Part shown: one piece after another, positions 15,667-25,080 of the stretch | Layout of the letters: each line of letters begins with the position of its first letter | Position numbering within the stretch: the first letter of the stretch is position 1 | Source of the DNA: a virus | Taxonomy: Duplodnaviria; Caudoviricetes | Virus record (IMG/VR): IMGVR_UViG_3300048034_000310 | Span: 1-35,749 of that record | Reading direction: 5' to 3' (one strand) | Length of the DNA stretch: 35,749 nt | Made by a program: the position numbers and the translations under genes | Notes under the pieces: model-generated | What the model was told of the DNA's origin: nothing | The model's input: the letters and a program-made list of their open reading frames with translations, nothing else | Database searches by the model: none

Positions 15667-16082
15667 TGGAAAAAGCTCTTAAAGACTATATCATAGCTCA
15701 ACGTAAAGAGGCTGAAGAATTCTCTAAACAGCCTGGATGCTGGATGGGATCTATGGTACATCCTAGTGATACTAAGTACTGGAACGAAAGAGTTCCTACT
15801 GGTACTCTTAAAGAGTTCAAGCGTATTCAACTTGAAGAAGACGCTTACTATTGCAATGCTGATGCATATAGCAAATCATTTGCACGGTCCATAGATTATT
15901 CTAAAATGACCGATGAAGAGCTTGATTTGGATATCAAAGAAGCTTGTGAACACATGGAGCATGAGCGTAAGTGGTATGAAGAGCAGGAGAAACAAGCTCA
16001 AGAAGAAGAGGCTAAGTTAGCTTCAACTCTTGGGATTGATGTTCCTACGCTTCAACGTTGGTTAAAACAGGAGGCTGCATAA
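15666..16082 (+). CDS. Hypothetical protein
   Basis: 138-aa ORF, GGAGG SD, TAATG coupling. Confidence 0.75.
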   Translation: MEKALKDYIIAQRKEAEEFSKQPGCWMGSMVHPSDTKYWNERVPTGTLKEFKRIQLEEDAYYCNADAYSKSFARSIDYSKMTDEELDLDIKEACEHMEHERKWYEEQEKQAQEEEAKLASTLGIDVPTLQRWLKQEAA

Positions 16083-16240
16083 TGGTAGACTATATGTGGC
16101 AAACTAGGATAAGTTCAGTAATTGACTTGCTTAGTAGATTAAAAAGCGATAAAAAGCCCGAAAATCAAGAGTGGGCTATAGAATACTGGTCTTTAGTTCT
16201 TGAAAGACTTAAAAACCAAGGGAAAAAAATTGATGGCTAA
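16082..16240 (+). CDS. Small hypothetical protein
   Basis: TAATG coupling, GGAGG SD. Confidence 0.55.
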   Translation: MVDYMWQTRISSVIDLLSRLKSDKKPENQEWAIEYWSLVLERLKNQGKKIDG

Positions 16241-16649
16241 TTTTGTAGAAGTTTCAGGCGGTAATAAGTTTCAAAGAGAAATTGCTCATAAGACAGTAGC
16301 TTTTATGATTAAAAAGCTAATGCCACGTATGAGAACTTTAGACATTAATGTTGAGATTTGCAATATCAAATCAGATGCAGTTGGATTTGCTATGATGTGT
16401 GATGATAACCGTACGTTTGAATTAGAAATTGATAAAAAAATTAAATTAAATGATTTTGTAACTACATTGTGTCATGAAATGATACATGTTAAACAGTATG
16501 CTCGTAATGAAATAAATGGTGTTGACCTATGTTGGAAAGGCAGAAACATTTCTAAAGACACTGACTATTGGAACTATCCTTGGGAAAAAGAAGCATATAG
16601 ATTACAAAAACGATATGCAAACGAAATCTGGGAGTCTGATTTATTATAA
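16233..16649 (+). CDS. HExxH zinc metallopeptidase-like protein
   Basis: TLCHEMIHVKQY and PWEKEAY. Confidence 0.75.
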   Translation: MANFVEVSGGNKFQREIAHKTVAFMIKKLMPRMRTLDINVEICNIKSDAVGFAMMCDDNRTFELEIDKKIKLNDFVTTLCHEMIHVKQYARNEINGVDLCWKGRNISKDTDYWNYPWEKEAYRLQKRYANEIWESDLL

Positions 16650-16652
16650 ATA
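16645..16652 (+). promoter_or_regulatory. T4-type late promoter
   Basis: TATAAATA directly upstream of the 16685 gene cluster. Confidence 0.75.
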
Positions 16653-16684
16653 TAGTGTATAAACAGTTATGGGAATAAACCACA

Positions 16685-17695
16685 ATGCTTACTTTTATGG
16701 GGTTTCTAATGGAAGACTATGTCAAACTCTCGGCAGATCAATTATTGAAGCCTGGCCGTGAAGGTAGAGCTACAACACTTATTAAAAAAATACAAGATGG
16801 AGATCCATTTCTCTTATACAAAGATAATGCAAAAACTGTGACTCTTCAAAAGGGCGCATCATTAAATAACTATAAAAAAGCTTTAGATGCTGGTGATAAA
16901 AAAGCTATGAATGCCATAGCCTTTCCAGCTTCAGACGGAAAAGAATATACATTACAAGATTTGGCTAAATCACCAGAGTTTGGTGGTAAAGGATCTGGCT
17001 CTGGAACAAAAGGCGAAGATGCTGCTTTAGCTGATCTTAAAGATAAGTTTACAAAAATTTTAGAAAAAGAAACTGTACCTTTTCTTTATATCAAAATTGG
17101 TAAAAAGGTTAGGAAAGTTGGTGGCATTGAGACTACACCAGGTGTTCCAAAGTCTGACTTTCATATGTTAGACCCACAAAAAAACGAAGTCTTTTGGATC
17201 TCTCATAAGCTTGGCAGTAAAGCAAATGACTTTCAACAATATGGTGGTATGCCTGAGCTAAAGTTTACTAACTCTAAAGATATGCTTAAGTTTGTAGATG
17301 ATGTGAAGAAAGAATTGAAAATTTTAACTGGTGGATCACTACCAATTCTTCCTCCTAAAACAGCTTTTGCTCGTAAAGTTATGGATAAAAAAATTATTAG
17401 CATGACTCTATTTGGTAAAAAATTTGGAAGAACACCAGATAGTAGACAAAACATTGATGTGTTATATCAAGGGCCAATGAACTTTAAACGTGCAGGAATG
17501 AAAGATGGTATCCCTGTTTATACCATAACATCTAATCATACACAACTTCATGGTGAAGTACCAAAGGGAGATTACGAGCCATATTACTATGTAAGACCAG
17601 AGCAAGCTAAAAACCAATTTGGTATTAAAGCTGCAAGATTCTTTATTGTTGCAAAATTAACAGCTACTAAAAACAGAAATACTAAGGTAATATAA
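16685..17695 (+). CDS. Hypothetical late protein, possible PD-(D/E)xK-like domain
   Basis: 336-aa ORF; E...PKSDF...WISHK pattern. Confidence 0.6.
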   Translation: MLTFMGFLMEDYVKLSADQLLKPGREGRATTLIKKIQDGDPFLLYKDNAKTVTLQKGASLNNYKKALDAGDKKAMNAIAFPASDGKEYTLQDLAKSPEFGGKGSGSGTKGEDAALADLKDKFTKILEKETVPFLYIKIGKKVRKVGGIETTPGVPKSDFHMLDPQKNEVFWISHKLGSKANDFQQYGGMPELKFTNSKDMLKFVDDVKKELKILTGGSLPILPPKTAFARKVMDKKIISMTLFGKKFGRTPDSRQNIDVLYQGPMNFKRAGMKDGIPVYTITSNHTQLHGEVPKGDYEPYYYVRPEQAKNQFGIKAARFFIVAKLTATKNRNTKVI

Positions 17696-18933
17696 TGCTA
17701 AAAGGTTTTCAAGCTCATACACTTACTGAAGATAAAAATACACATATGACTCACTTAGAAGATAGAGTTATATATGGTGGAGTAAAAGGCGCAAGGGATG
17801 CAATCCTTGCTCTTCGTTCTTTAAGAGATATGTTAGCCGGTAACGCTTCTAAGTCAGTTGATGTAACTGTAAAGTGGGATGGTGCACCGGCTGTATTTGC
17901 TGGTAAAGATCCAAGTGATGGCCAATTCTTTGTAGCTAAAAAAGGTGTTTTTAATGCAACACCAAAAGTTTATAAGTCACATGCTGATATTGATGCAGAT
18001 ACTAAAGGTGACTTATCATTAAAATTAAAAGCCGCCTTTGACGCACTGAAATCAGCCAACATCAAAGATGTTATTCAAGGCGATATTATGTTTGTCAAAG
18101 ACGATCTAAAGAAGGAAAAGATTGATGGACAAGAATATATCACCTTCCACCCGAATACGATTGTTTATGCTGTGCCTGCGGGAACACCAGCTGCAAAAGA
18201 AATTAGCAAAGCGAAAGTTGGAATCGTCTTCCACACAACCTATAAAGGTAAAACCTTTGAAGACATGAAAGCTAGTTTTTCTGTAGATATGAAACAGTTA
18301 AATGGTGCAAAATCAATATGGGCTCAAGATGCTACTTTACGTGATGTATCTGGTACAGCCACACTTACTAAAAAAGACACTGAAGAAGTTACACAAGCAC
18401 TTAGTAATGCTGGTAAGATCTTTAGAAAAATTGCATCTACAACATTAAAACAAATTGAACAGAATCAAGAAATTGCAAAAGTTATAGAGACCCACAACAA
18501 TTCTTATGTTCGTAAAGGACAGAAAGTTGTGAATACTACTAAGCATGTTAATTCTCTTATTAAATACATCAGTGATAAATACGATAAAGAAGCTGATAAA
18601 AGAAGTAGTGAAAAAGGTAAAGCAGCTCAAGTAGCAAAAAAGAACGAGTTTCTTAAGTTTTTCTCACCTGCTAATAAAGCTAACTTAAAATTAATCTTTG
18701 ATTTACAAAATTCTATCGTAGATGGGAAATTAAAAATTATAAATAAACTTAATAGACTGAATAAAATTAATACGTTTATTAAAAAGCGAAATGGGTTTCA
18801 TACCACTGGTGTTGAAGGTTATGTAGCTATTGATAAACTAAAAGGTGGAGCAGTTAAACTAGTAGACCGTATGGAATTCTCTACTAATAACTTTTCACCA
18901 GATGTGATTAAAGGCTGGGACAAGGCGTCCTGA
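17695..18933 (+). CDS. DUF6267-like protein, ATP-dependent ligase/nucleotidyltransferase fold
   Basis: KNTHMTHLED, TVKWDGAPA (KxDG), IQGD, EGYVA, VKLVDRMEFS. Confidence 0.7.
   Translation: MLKGFQAHTLTEDKNTHMTHLEDRVIYGGVKGARDAILALRSLRDMLAGNASKSVDVTVKWDGAPAVFAGKDPSDGQFFVAKKGVFNATPKVYKSHADIDADTKGDLSLKLKAAFDALKSANIKDVIQGDIMFVKDDLKKEKIDGQEYITFHPNTIVYAVPAGTPAAKEISKAKVGIVFHTTYKGKTFEDMKASFSVDMKQLNGAKSIWAQDATLRDVSGTATLTKKDTEEVTQALSNAGKIFRKIASTTLKQIEQNQEIAKVIETHNNSYVRKGQKVVNTTKHVNSLIKYISDKYDKEADKRSSEKGKAAQVAKKNEFLKFFSPANKANLKLIFDLQNSIVDGKLKIINKLNRLNKINTFIKKRNGFHTTGVEGYVAIDKLKGGAVKLVDRMEFSTNNFSPDVIKGWDKAS
18738..18745 (+). promoter_or_regulatory. Possible internal late promoter
   Basis: TATAAATA inside the CDS, about 200 nt upstream of the next gene. 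Confidence 0.4.
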
Positions 18934-18953
18934 TCCTAATGGAAAGAGCGGAA

Positions 18954-19325
18954 ATGATATCGTTTAAAAGTTTTGTTGAAATATACGAAGAAGCCATAGA
19001 AGAGGCTTTGACTGTACAACAACGAATGAAAATGAAACAAACCATGCGTAGAAATAAGGCTAAGATTAAATTAGGCCGCCAACGTTCTATGCGTAAGATG
19101 GCATCTGCTGAAGTTCTTAAGGGTCGTGCTCATAAGCAAGCTAAGAATATAATCATTAAAAAGATTTTGAAGAATAAAAACAAAGCTGATCTATCTTACG
19201 GTTCAAGAGTTAATTTGGAAAAACAAGTAGCAAAGCGTAAAGGCGCTATTCTACGTATTGCCAAAAAACTTCTTCCAAAAGTAAGACAAAAGGATCGCAC
19301 AAAGCTTCGCAATAAGGGGAAGTAA
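18954..19325 (+). CDS. Basic hypothetical late protein
   Basis: Lys/Arg-rich; MISFKSFVE N-terminus (alternative start 18939). Confidence 0.7.
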   Translation: MISFKSFVEIYEEAIEEALTVQQRMKMKQTMRRNKAKIKLGRQRSMRKMASAEVLKGRAHKQAKNIIIKKILKNKNKADLSYGSRVNLEKQVAKRKGAILRIAKKLLPKVRQKDRTKLRNKGK

Positions 19326-19326
19326 A

Positions 19327-20523
19327 GTGCAATTCAAATCATTTACTCAATATGTTACTGAAGAAACTAAAGACTTAACTGTTGCTTGGGGTAGGTATAA
19401 CCCACCAACAATTGGTCATGAAAAGCTATTTCAATCTGTAAATAAAGTAGCTTCAGGTAATAGTTTCCGCATATATGCCTCACAAACAAATAAACCAAAG
19501 ACAGATCCCTTAGATTATAAGACTAAGGTAAAGTATCTCCGTAAAATGTTTCCAAGATATGCTCGTTCAATTATGTATGCACCTAAAGTACGTACACTAT
19601 TTGATCTATTGCAAACATGTTATGACGAAGGGTTTACAAGACTTACAATTGTAGCAGGTTCAGACCGTGTTAAAGAATACGAAGTACTTGCAAATAAGTA
19701 TAATAATAGAAAAGGCCGTCATGGTTTTTATAACTTTGAAGGTGGTATTAATGTAGTATCAGCAGGTCAAAGAGATCCAGATGGAGAAGGTGCTTCTGGC
19801 ATGTCAGCCTCTAAACTTAGAGCAGCTGCAGCAGATAATGACTTTCAATCATTTTCAAATGGAATGCCAAAAGGATTTAAAGATGCTCAAAAATTATTTA
19901 ATGATGTTCGCAAAGGCATGGGCCTTAAAGAGTCATATGACTATCGTTCACACATTCAGCTAGAGCCAGTATCCGAGAAAAGAGAAGAGTACGTAAATGG
20001 AGAACTCTATAAAGAAGGTGATTTGGTTGTAGTAAAAGAAAATGATCAAATTGGTACTGTCCTTTTTTGCGGCTCTAACTATGTATTAGTAGAAATGAAT
20101 GGCGGTAAATATCGCAAATGGATTAGTGATATTGAACGTCTTCCTGATGCTATGCAAGTAGAAGGTAAAGAAGATCCAGACATTGGTGATAAGAAAGGTT
20201 CACAACCTGCAATATATCATAAGGGTCTAAAGAAATCTACTAAACAAAAAAGAGATGCTCAGTTTAAAAAACAAGCTAAGATGGATGATGATGATCCCTC
20301 TGCATATAAACCTGCACCAGGCGATAAAGAAGCAAAAACAAAACCATCTAAGCATACTAAGAAATTTAAACAAATGTATGGTGAAAAAGCTCAAGTTGAC
20401 CGTGCAAAAACTAAAATAGACCGTGAAAAAAAGCGTGATGCTGATAAACATGACCGCATGTTAGATCGTGCACGTATTCGTGACACATTAGCTAAGAACA
20501 GGAAATCAAATGCAAAGTCTTAA
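19327..20523 (+). CDS. Cytidylyltransferase-like (HxGH) nucleotidyltransferase with charged C-terminal extension
   Basis: GRYNPPTIGHEKL, VAGSDRV, MSASKLRAAA; GTG start. Confidence 0.8.
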   Translation: MQFKSFTQYVTEETKDLTVAWGRYNPPTIGHEKLFQSVNKVASGNSFRIYASQTNKPKTDPLDYKTKVKYLRKMFPRYARSIMYAPKVRTLFDLLQTCYDEGFTRLTIVAGSDRVKEYEVLANKYNNRKGRHGFYNFEGGINVVSAGQRDPDGEGASGMSASKLRAAAADNDFQSFSNGMPKGFKDAQKLFNDVRKGMGLKESYDYRSHIQLEPVSEKREEYVNGELYKEGDLVVVKENDQIGTVLFCGSNYVLVEMNGGKYRKWISDIERLPDAMQVEGKEDPDIGDKKGSQPAIYHKGLKKSTKQKRDAQFKKQAKMDDDDPSAYKPAPGDKEAKTKPSKHTKKFKQMYGEKAQVDRAKTKIDREKKRDADKHDRMLDRARIRDTLAKNRKSNAKS

Positions 20524-20758
20524 AACATATATCTCAGAAAATGCTGGGTTAAAGAAAAAAGCCGAAAAATCGGGTATGCCACTTGGTATATTACGCAAAG
20601 TTTATAATAGAGGAATGGCTGCTTGGAAAACAGGTCACCGGCCTGGGACAACACCACAACAGTGGGGAATGGCCCGAGTAAATTCATTCGTAACAAAATC
20701 CTCTGGAACATGGGGTAAGGCAGATAAAGATCTGGCCGCAAAGGTAAGGGGAAGCTAA
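20510..20758 (+). CDS. DUF5824-like small protein
   Basis: KSGMPLGILRKVYNRGMAAWKTGHRPGTTPQQWGMARVNSF. Confidence 0.7.
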   Translation: MQSLKTYISENAGLKKKAEKSGMPLGILRKVYNRGMAAWKTGHRPGTTPQQWGMARVNSFVTKSSGTWGKADKDLAAKVRGS

Positions 20759-21705
20759 TGAAATCGTTTTTTGAACTATCAAAAGAACTCAATGAAGCAA
20801 AAGATGAGTTTAAACCACATAAGATGTATGATCCAAAAACTGGTGAAGCACATGATGCCGACACAGAAGCCGATCATTTACGTATGAAAAAAATGGGTTA
20901 CACTCATGAAAAACCAGAAGTAAAAGAAGACTTTTCACCTAAGGAAATTAAGATGGCTATTGGTATAGCATCTGATCCTCGTTATAAAGGTGGTAATATG
21001 ACTGGTGCTACAAAAGCTATTGAAAAGATTCGTACTGGTCTATCAGGTCATAAACAAGTTATGGCAGTTCTTAAACGCCAAAACGAAGATATTGAAGAAG
21101 CTATGAGTCCAAAAGAAAAAGCTGCACATGCAAAAGCTTTGGCAGACTTTAAAAAGCGTGGTGGTAAGGTTACTAAACTTCCACCAGGAAAAGCTGCTGG
21201 TTGGCATGGCAAAGACGATTTTGGTACTGGTCAAAAAGGTATGCTTGGCAAATCTGATACTAGTAAATTTGGTACTAAGAAAAGAGTTAAATCTATGAGA
21301 GCTCAGACTGAAGAGACTCAAATTGATGAAAAAGTATATTCAAAGCCAGCTAAATTAGACCCAGCAATTGCTAGAGATCCAAAGGTAAAAGCTGCTCAGA
21401 AATCCCATGCAAAAGGTGACTGGGATGGAAACGTAGATAAAGAAGGTAATGCCATTGTTCATGTAAAAGGTAAACCACATACTGTTACTGTTCAAATGGA
21501 ATCTATGAATGAAGCTACTAATATGTATACTGATGACCGTGTAGGTTTTCAAATTGATCGATTTGCAATGGGTAAAGGTAAAGGTGTCGGTTTTCAAATT
21601 AACTATGGTAAAGGTGTTGGCAAGGGTAAATACATTCAAGTTCCAATGGATGATATGAAACGCGTTATTGCTCAAATGACAAAGGCTATGAAAGCTAAAA
21701 TCTAA
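20758..21705 (+). CDS. Hypothetical late (probable internal head) protein
   Basis: 315 aa, Lys-rich, modular, with repeated xxE processing-like sites. Confidence 0.7.
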   Translation: MKSFFELSKELNEAKDEFKPHKMYDPKTGEAHDADTEADHLRMKKMGYTHEKPEVKEDFSPKEIKMAIGIASDPRYKGGNMTGATKAIEKIRTGLSGHKQVMAVLKRQNEDIEEAMSPKEKAAHAKALADFKKRGGKVTKLPPGKAAGWHGKDDFGTGQKGMLGKSDTSKFGTKKRVKSMRAQTEETQIDEKVYSKPAKLDPAIARDPKVKAAQKSHAKGDWDGNVDKEGNAIVHVKGKPHTVTVQMESMNEATNMYTDDRVGFQIDRFAMGKGKGVGFQINYGKGVGKGKYIQVPMDDMKRVIAQMTKAMKAKI

Positions 21706-22010
21706 TGAAATCCTTTGTTGAATACTATGAAATTGGAACGGATGCTTACACTAAGTATACTAAAAAGCATACACCAGGTCAGAGTGTTAAAGAAGGCGAA
21801 GGTAAACATAAGGGTGAAACGTGGGAACAAGGATACAAACGTAGAGTTGTAAAAACTACAGACCCTGAGCATAAGAAAGACGGATATAAGTGGAGAATTA
21901 AAGGTAAAGAAAGACCTAATATTTCTATAAAACTATATAAAGAAAAGCCTTCACAGGCTCAATATAACACACAAATGAAAAGGGTAGCAGGACATGAGTT
22001 CGGTGGATAA
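21705..22010 (+). CDS. Hypothetical late protein
   Basis: TAATG coupling; MKSFVEYYE start. Confidence 0.7.
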   Translation: MKSFVEYYEIGTDAYTKYTKKHTPGQSVKEGEGKHKGETWEQGYKRRVVKTTDPEHKKDGYKWRIKGKERPNISIKLYKEKPSQAQYNTQMKRVAGHEFGG

Positions 22011-22356
22011 ATTTAAAACATATACAGAGCAAAAAATAGATGAGATTTGCGAAGATTGTAGTATCTATGATGAAATCATTGTCGAAGCTTCTGAATATAA
22101 AGGTCGTAAAGTTAAGTTAAATGATCCAAGTAGATCATCTGACGGTAAAAAGAAATTTTATGTCTATGTTAAAAACGACAAAGGGAATGTAATTAAGTTA
22201 GGTTTTGGTGATCCAAATATGGAAATCAAAAGAGATGATCCAAAACGAAGAGCAAGCTTTAGAGCAAGACACGGATGTGATAATCCTGGACCCAAATGGA
22301 AAGCTAAATACTGGTCATGTTATCAGTGGAGAGCTGGAGCTAAAGTTGATAACTAA
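21994..22356 (+). CDS. Conserved phage hypothetical protein (DUF6321-like)
   Basis: KKFYVYV, FGDPNM, RRASFRARH.C, YWSC. Confidence 0.7.
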   Translation: MSSVDKFKTYTEQKIDEICEDCSIYDEIIVEASEYKGRKVKLNDPSRSSDGKKKFYVYVKNDKGNVIKLGFGDPNMEIKRDDPKRRASFRARHGCDNPGPKWKAKYWSCYQWRAGAKVDN

Positions 22357-22385
22357 TGAAACCCGAGTTAACACAGGAAATTAAA

Positions 22386-22676
22386 ATGACGACATCACAG
22401 TTAAATACTCAACGCTTGGATCGTATTGAAGAAAAGATTGATAAGCTGGCTGAGGCTATGATATCGTTAGCTCGAGCAGAGGAGAAAATATCAGGGTTGC
22501 AAGATGATCACGATAAAATGTACGAAAGAATTAACAGACTTTCAACTAAGCTTGATGAAATTGGAAGCAAGGTAGACGAGAATTCTAGGACAGTGGACTT
22601 CATCCACAAACTGTTCTGGGTGTGTATAGTATCTATTGCGGGTGCTATAACAGCAAACATATGGATGTTAAACTAG
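22386..22676 (+). CDS. Coiled-coil protein with C-terminal transmembrane helix
   Basis: Heptad-rich N-terminus plus LFWVCIVSIAGAITANIWML; AGGA SD. Confidence 0.7.
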   Translation: MTTSQLNTQRLDRIEEKIDKLAEAMISLARAEEKISGLQDDHDKMYERINRLSTKLDEIGSKVDENSRTVDFIHKLFWVCIVSIAGAITANIWMLN

Positions 22677-22686
22677 GAGAAGCCAA

Positions 22687-23421
22687 ATGTCATTAGACGA
22701 AAAACTTATGAATGTGGCTCAGGCTTATCTGAGCATGCATGAAAAAGCTAAAACAGAGGATGCATCTAACGATAAATCCGATGATGGAGACGGTATGGAT
22801 AAAGTAGATCCAAAAGCCGCTAAGAAAAAATTCAAAGATCGTAAAGATAAAGATATAGATAACGACGGTGATACCGACGGCTCAGATGAATATCTTCATA
22901 AAAGGCGTAAAGCAATTGCAAGCAAAGATGAAAGTAAGCAAGGGTTTATATTAGCTGCTAAAAAAGCTAAAGATGCTGGTGAAGAAACTTTTGTATTTGC
23001 TGGTAAGAAATACAATTGTGAAGATGCTTTAGCTAAAAAAGAAGCTGTTGAAATCGAAGTAGATGATAAGTCAGATGCTTCACCTGAAATGGATAAGAAA
23101 AAAGAAGATCCTAAGAAGAAAAAGAAAACAGACCCTAAAGTATCTAAAGCTAAAGATGGCGATAAGGGTGATGCAGATGCTGCTACTGAGCAAAAGGAAA
23201 GTGTTGATACTTCTCCAGCTGGTGATAGCCCGCCCGCAAAACGTGCTTCAGTTCGTGATAAAGAATTCATGGCATTGCATAAAGATAAGAAAGCTGCTGA
23301 AAAACGTCGTGACGAAGACAGGCAAGATGGTACTAATGCAGTTAAAGTCGCTCCAATCCGTCCTGGTGATTCTAAGGTCGGAGAAAAAGCAATTAAAACA
23401 TTTAAACAAATGAGGAAATAA
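22687..23421 (+). CDS. Charged hypothetical protein with DxDxDG motif
   Basis: DIDNDGDTDGSDEYLHKRRKAI; AGGAG SD. Confidence 0.75.
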   Translation: MSLDEKLMNVAQAYLSMHEKAKTEDASNDKSDDGDGMDKVDPKAAKKKFKDRKDKDIDNDGDTDGSDEYLHKRRKAIASKDESKQGFILAAKKAKDAGEETFVFAGKKYNCEDALAKKEAVEIEVDDKSDASPEMDKKKEDPKKKKKTDPKVSKAKDGDKGDADAATEQKESVDTSPAGDSPPAKRASVRDKEFMALHKDKKAAEKRRDEDRQDGTNAVKVAPIRPGDSKVGEKAIKTFKQMRK

Positions 23422-23423
23422 TT

Positions 23424-23810
23424 ATGGTAAATAAACCTGGCTGGTTAGCCGATTCTATAGCTCACCCTGATGGATATTACACTGTTGACGGTGAAAAATT
23501 AAAAGGTGTTATGTTAGCTCCACAACAAGTAGAAGACTGGAATAGTGATGCACCTGAAATGCCTCCTATGCCAGAAGCTGCAGCTCCTGCACCAATGGAA
23601 ACTCCAGAGCCAATGACTGCAATGTCTACTGAAGATGCTCAAGACTTGGGTAAAGTAGAGATGCTAACTGAAGCACCAAATGATATGGAAGAATTATTAA
23701 GCATGTCAAAGCGTGAGCTTGAAGATCTAGGTCGTGAGCATGGTGTAGAACTAGACCGTCGTGAGAAGAAATCTACTCTTGTAGAAAAAATGAAAAATAT
23801 TATCTCATAA
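23424..23810 (+). CDS. Hypothetical protein with C-terminal Rho-N/HeH-like motif
   Basis: LSMSKRELEDLGREHGVELDRREKKSTLV. Confidence 0.65.
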   Translation: MVNKPGWLADSIAHPDGYYTVDGEKLKGVMLAPQQVEDWNSDAPEMPPMPEAAAPAPMETPEPMTAMSTEDAQDLGKVEMLTEAPNDMEELLSMSKRELEDLGREHGVELDRREKKSTLVEKMKNIIS

Positions 23811-23863
23811 TTTAACTGGGGTAAATAGATCTATATTAATCTATTAACTCTGGAAGACTGAGA

Positions 23864-24232
23864 ATGAAAATATTTGAAGAATTGAATGATGATAACTGGA
23901 TGATGTTTGCATCTAAGTACTATAAAAACATTCAATGTACAAGCTTAGAAGAATTTTATGATGATCTGCAAAGATTTAAGTATCTTAAAAGGTTATTCAA
24001 AAGGTACTTAAATAATAATGATTTACAAGAACGGCTTATACTAAATCACATCATAGTTTTGAATAATGTGTTTGGTATAAAAGAGGCTAATAAAATGTTA
24101 TTCTTTAAAATTGAAGAAAGTCATTGGCCTTTATTAAAAACGTTTTTGGTATATCTAAACTATTTACCAGATGATGAATATGTAGATATACCGTTAGATC
24201 AGAATATAATTAAAGTATTAAGGACAATATAA
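23864..24232 (+). CDS. Conserved T4-like hypothetical protein
   Basis: EFYDDLQRFKYLKRLF, ERLILNHIIVLNNVFG. Confidence 0.75.
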   Translation: MKIFEELNDDNWMMFASKYYKNIQCTSLEEFYDDLQRFKYLKRLFKRYLNNNDLQERLILNHIIVLNNVFGIKEANKMLFFKIEESHWPLLKTFLVYLNYLPDDEYVDIPLDQNIIKVLRTI

Positions 24233-24820
24233 ATGGGAATCATATCAAGAGCAGCCGATCTATATTACACTTATAAGTTTCTAAAAACTCTAGTTACTGA
24301 CTGGGAAGACATGGAAGCATATAAGTTGGGATTGATTGATAAAGACGGTAAGTATATTGCCAAAGGTATCACTAAAACTGCTGAACAAAAAGACGCCTAT
24401 ACTGTATTTCATCGCTTAGTCTTTAATCTTAAACGTATCATGCAAAAGCTACCGTTTGGTAGATCAAAATTAGCTTCATACGCATCAGCTCTTTTTTTAC
24501 TAAGAGAGCATACTGGTATGAGTGAAGAGCAAATTGCAAAAGCTCTTGACGAAGCTGGATTTGATATTAATACATTTCTTCCAGAAGAAACACAATGGAA
24601 CACTCAATTAGATAAATCGTTATCACCTGGTGTTTATACTTTAACACAAGAGTTAGCTTCTCCTACTACTGGTGATATGATTTATCGTGAGGGTACAAAA
24701 GTAATTGTTGCAGAAAATACAAAACCAATTGCTTCTGTGTTTGGAGAAAATATATATACTATTAGACACGTTGATACAAAAACAAATTTACATGTAACAG
24801 CATCGGATATATCAAGATGA
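24233..24820 (+). CDS. Conserved T4-like hypothetical (possibly virion) protein
   Basis: AYKLGLIDKDG, AYTVFHRLVFNLKR. Confidence 0.75.
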   Translation: MGIISRAADLYYTYKFLKTLVTDWEDMEAYKLGLIDKDGKYIAKGITKTAEQKDAYTVFHRLVFNLKRIMQKLPFGRSKLASYASALFLLREHTGMSEEQIAKALDEAGFDINTFLPEETQWNTQLDKSLSPGVYTLTQELASPTTGDMIYREGTKVIVAENTKPIASVFGENIYTIRHVDTKTNLHVTASDISR

Positions 24821-25080
24821 ACAAATTTTACTTTTGGCAAGACGCCTGTTGGGATGGATATAAACAGGTAGGTATGAAGAAAAAGGGAAACAAGCAAGTT
24901 CCTAATTGTGTACCAGAAGATGCACCAGCAAATGCCGTTGCTCATGGTGGGGTTGATATGAATCCAACTGGAAGACCAAAGAAGATGGATAAAAGGATGA
25001 AGTTACATCCTGAAAAAATTTATCGTAGGTCTAAAGGCGGACCAATAGAAACACTCTTGATGAAAAGACGAAATGGCTAG
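24817..25080 (+). CDS. Small hypothetical protein
   Basis: CWDGYKQVGMKKKGNKQVPNCVPE motif; ATGA coupling. Confidence 0.65.
   Translation: MNKFYFWQDACWDGYKQVGMKKKGNKQVPNCVPEDAPANAVAHGGVDMNPTGRPKKMDKRMKLHPEKIYRRSKGGPIETLLMKRRNG

Noticed and set aside
23811-23863. Intergenic inverted repeat AATAGAT...ATCTATT containing GTAAATA
   Set aside because: AT-rich stem with no U-tract and an imperfect late-promoter match; no function can be assigned
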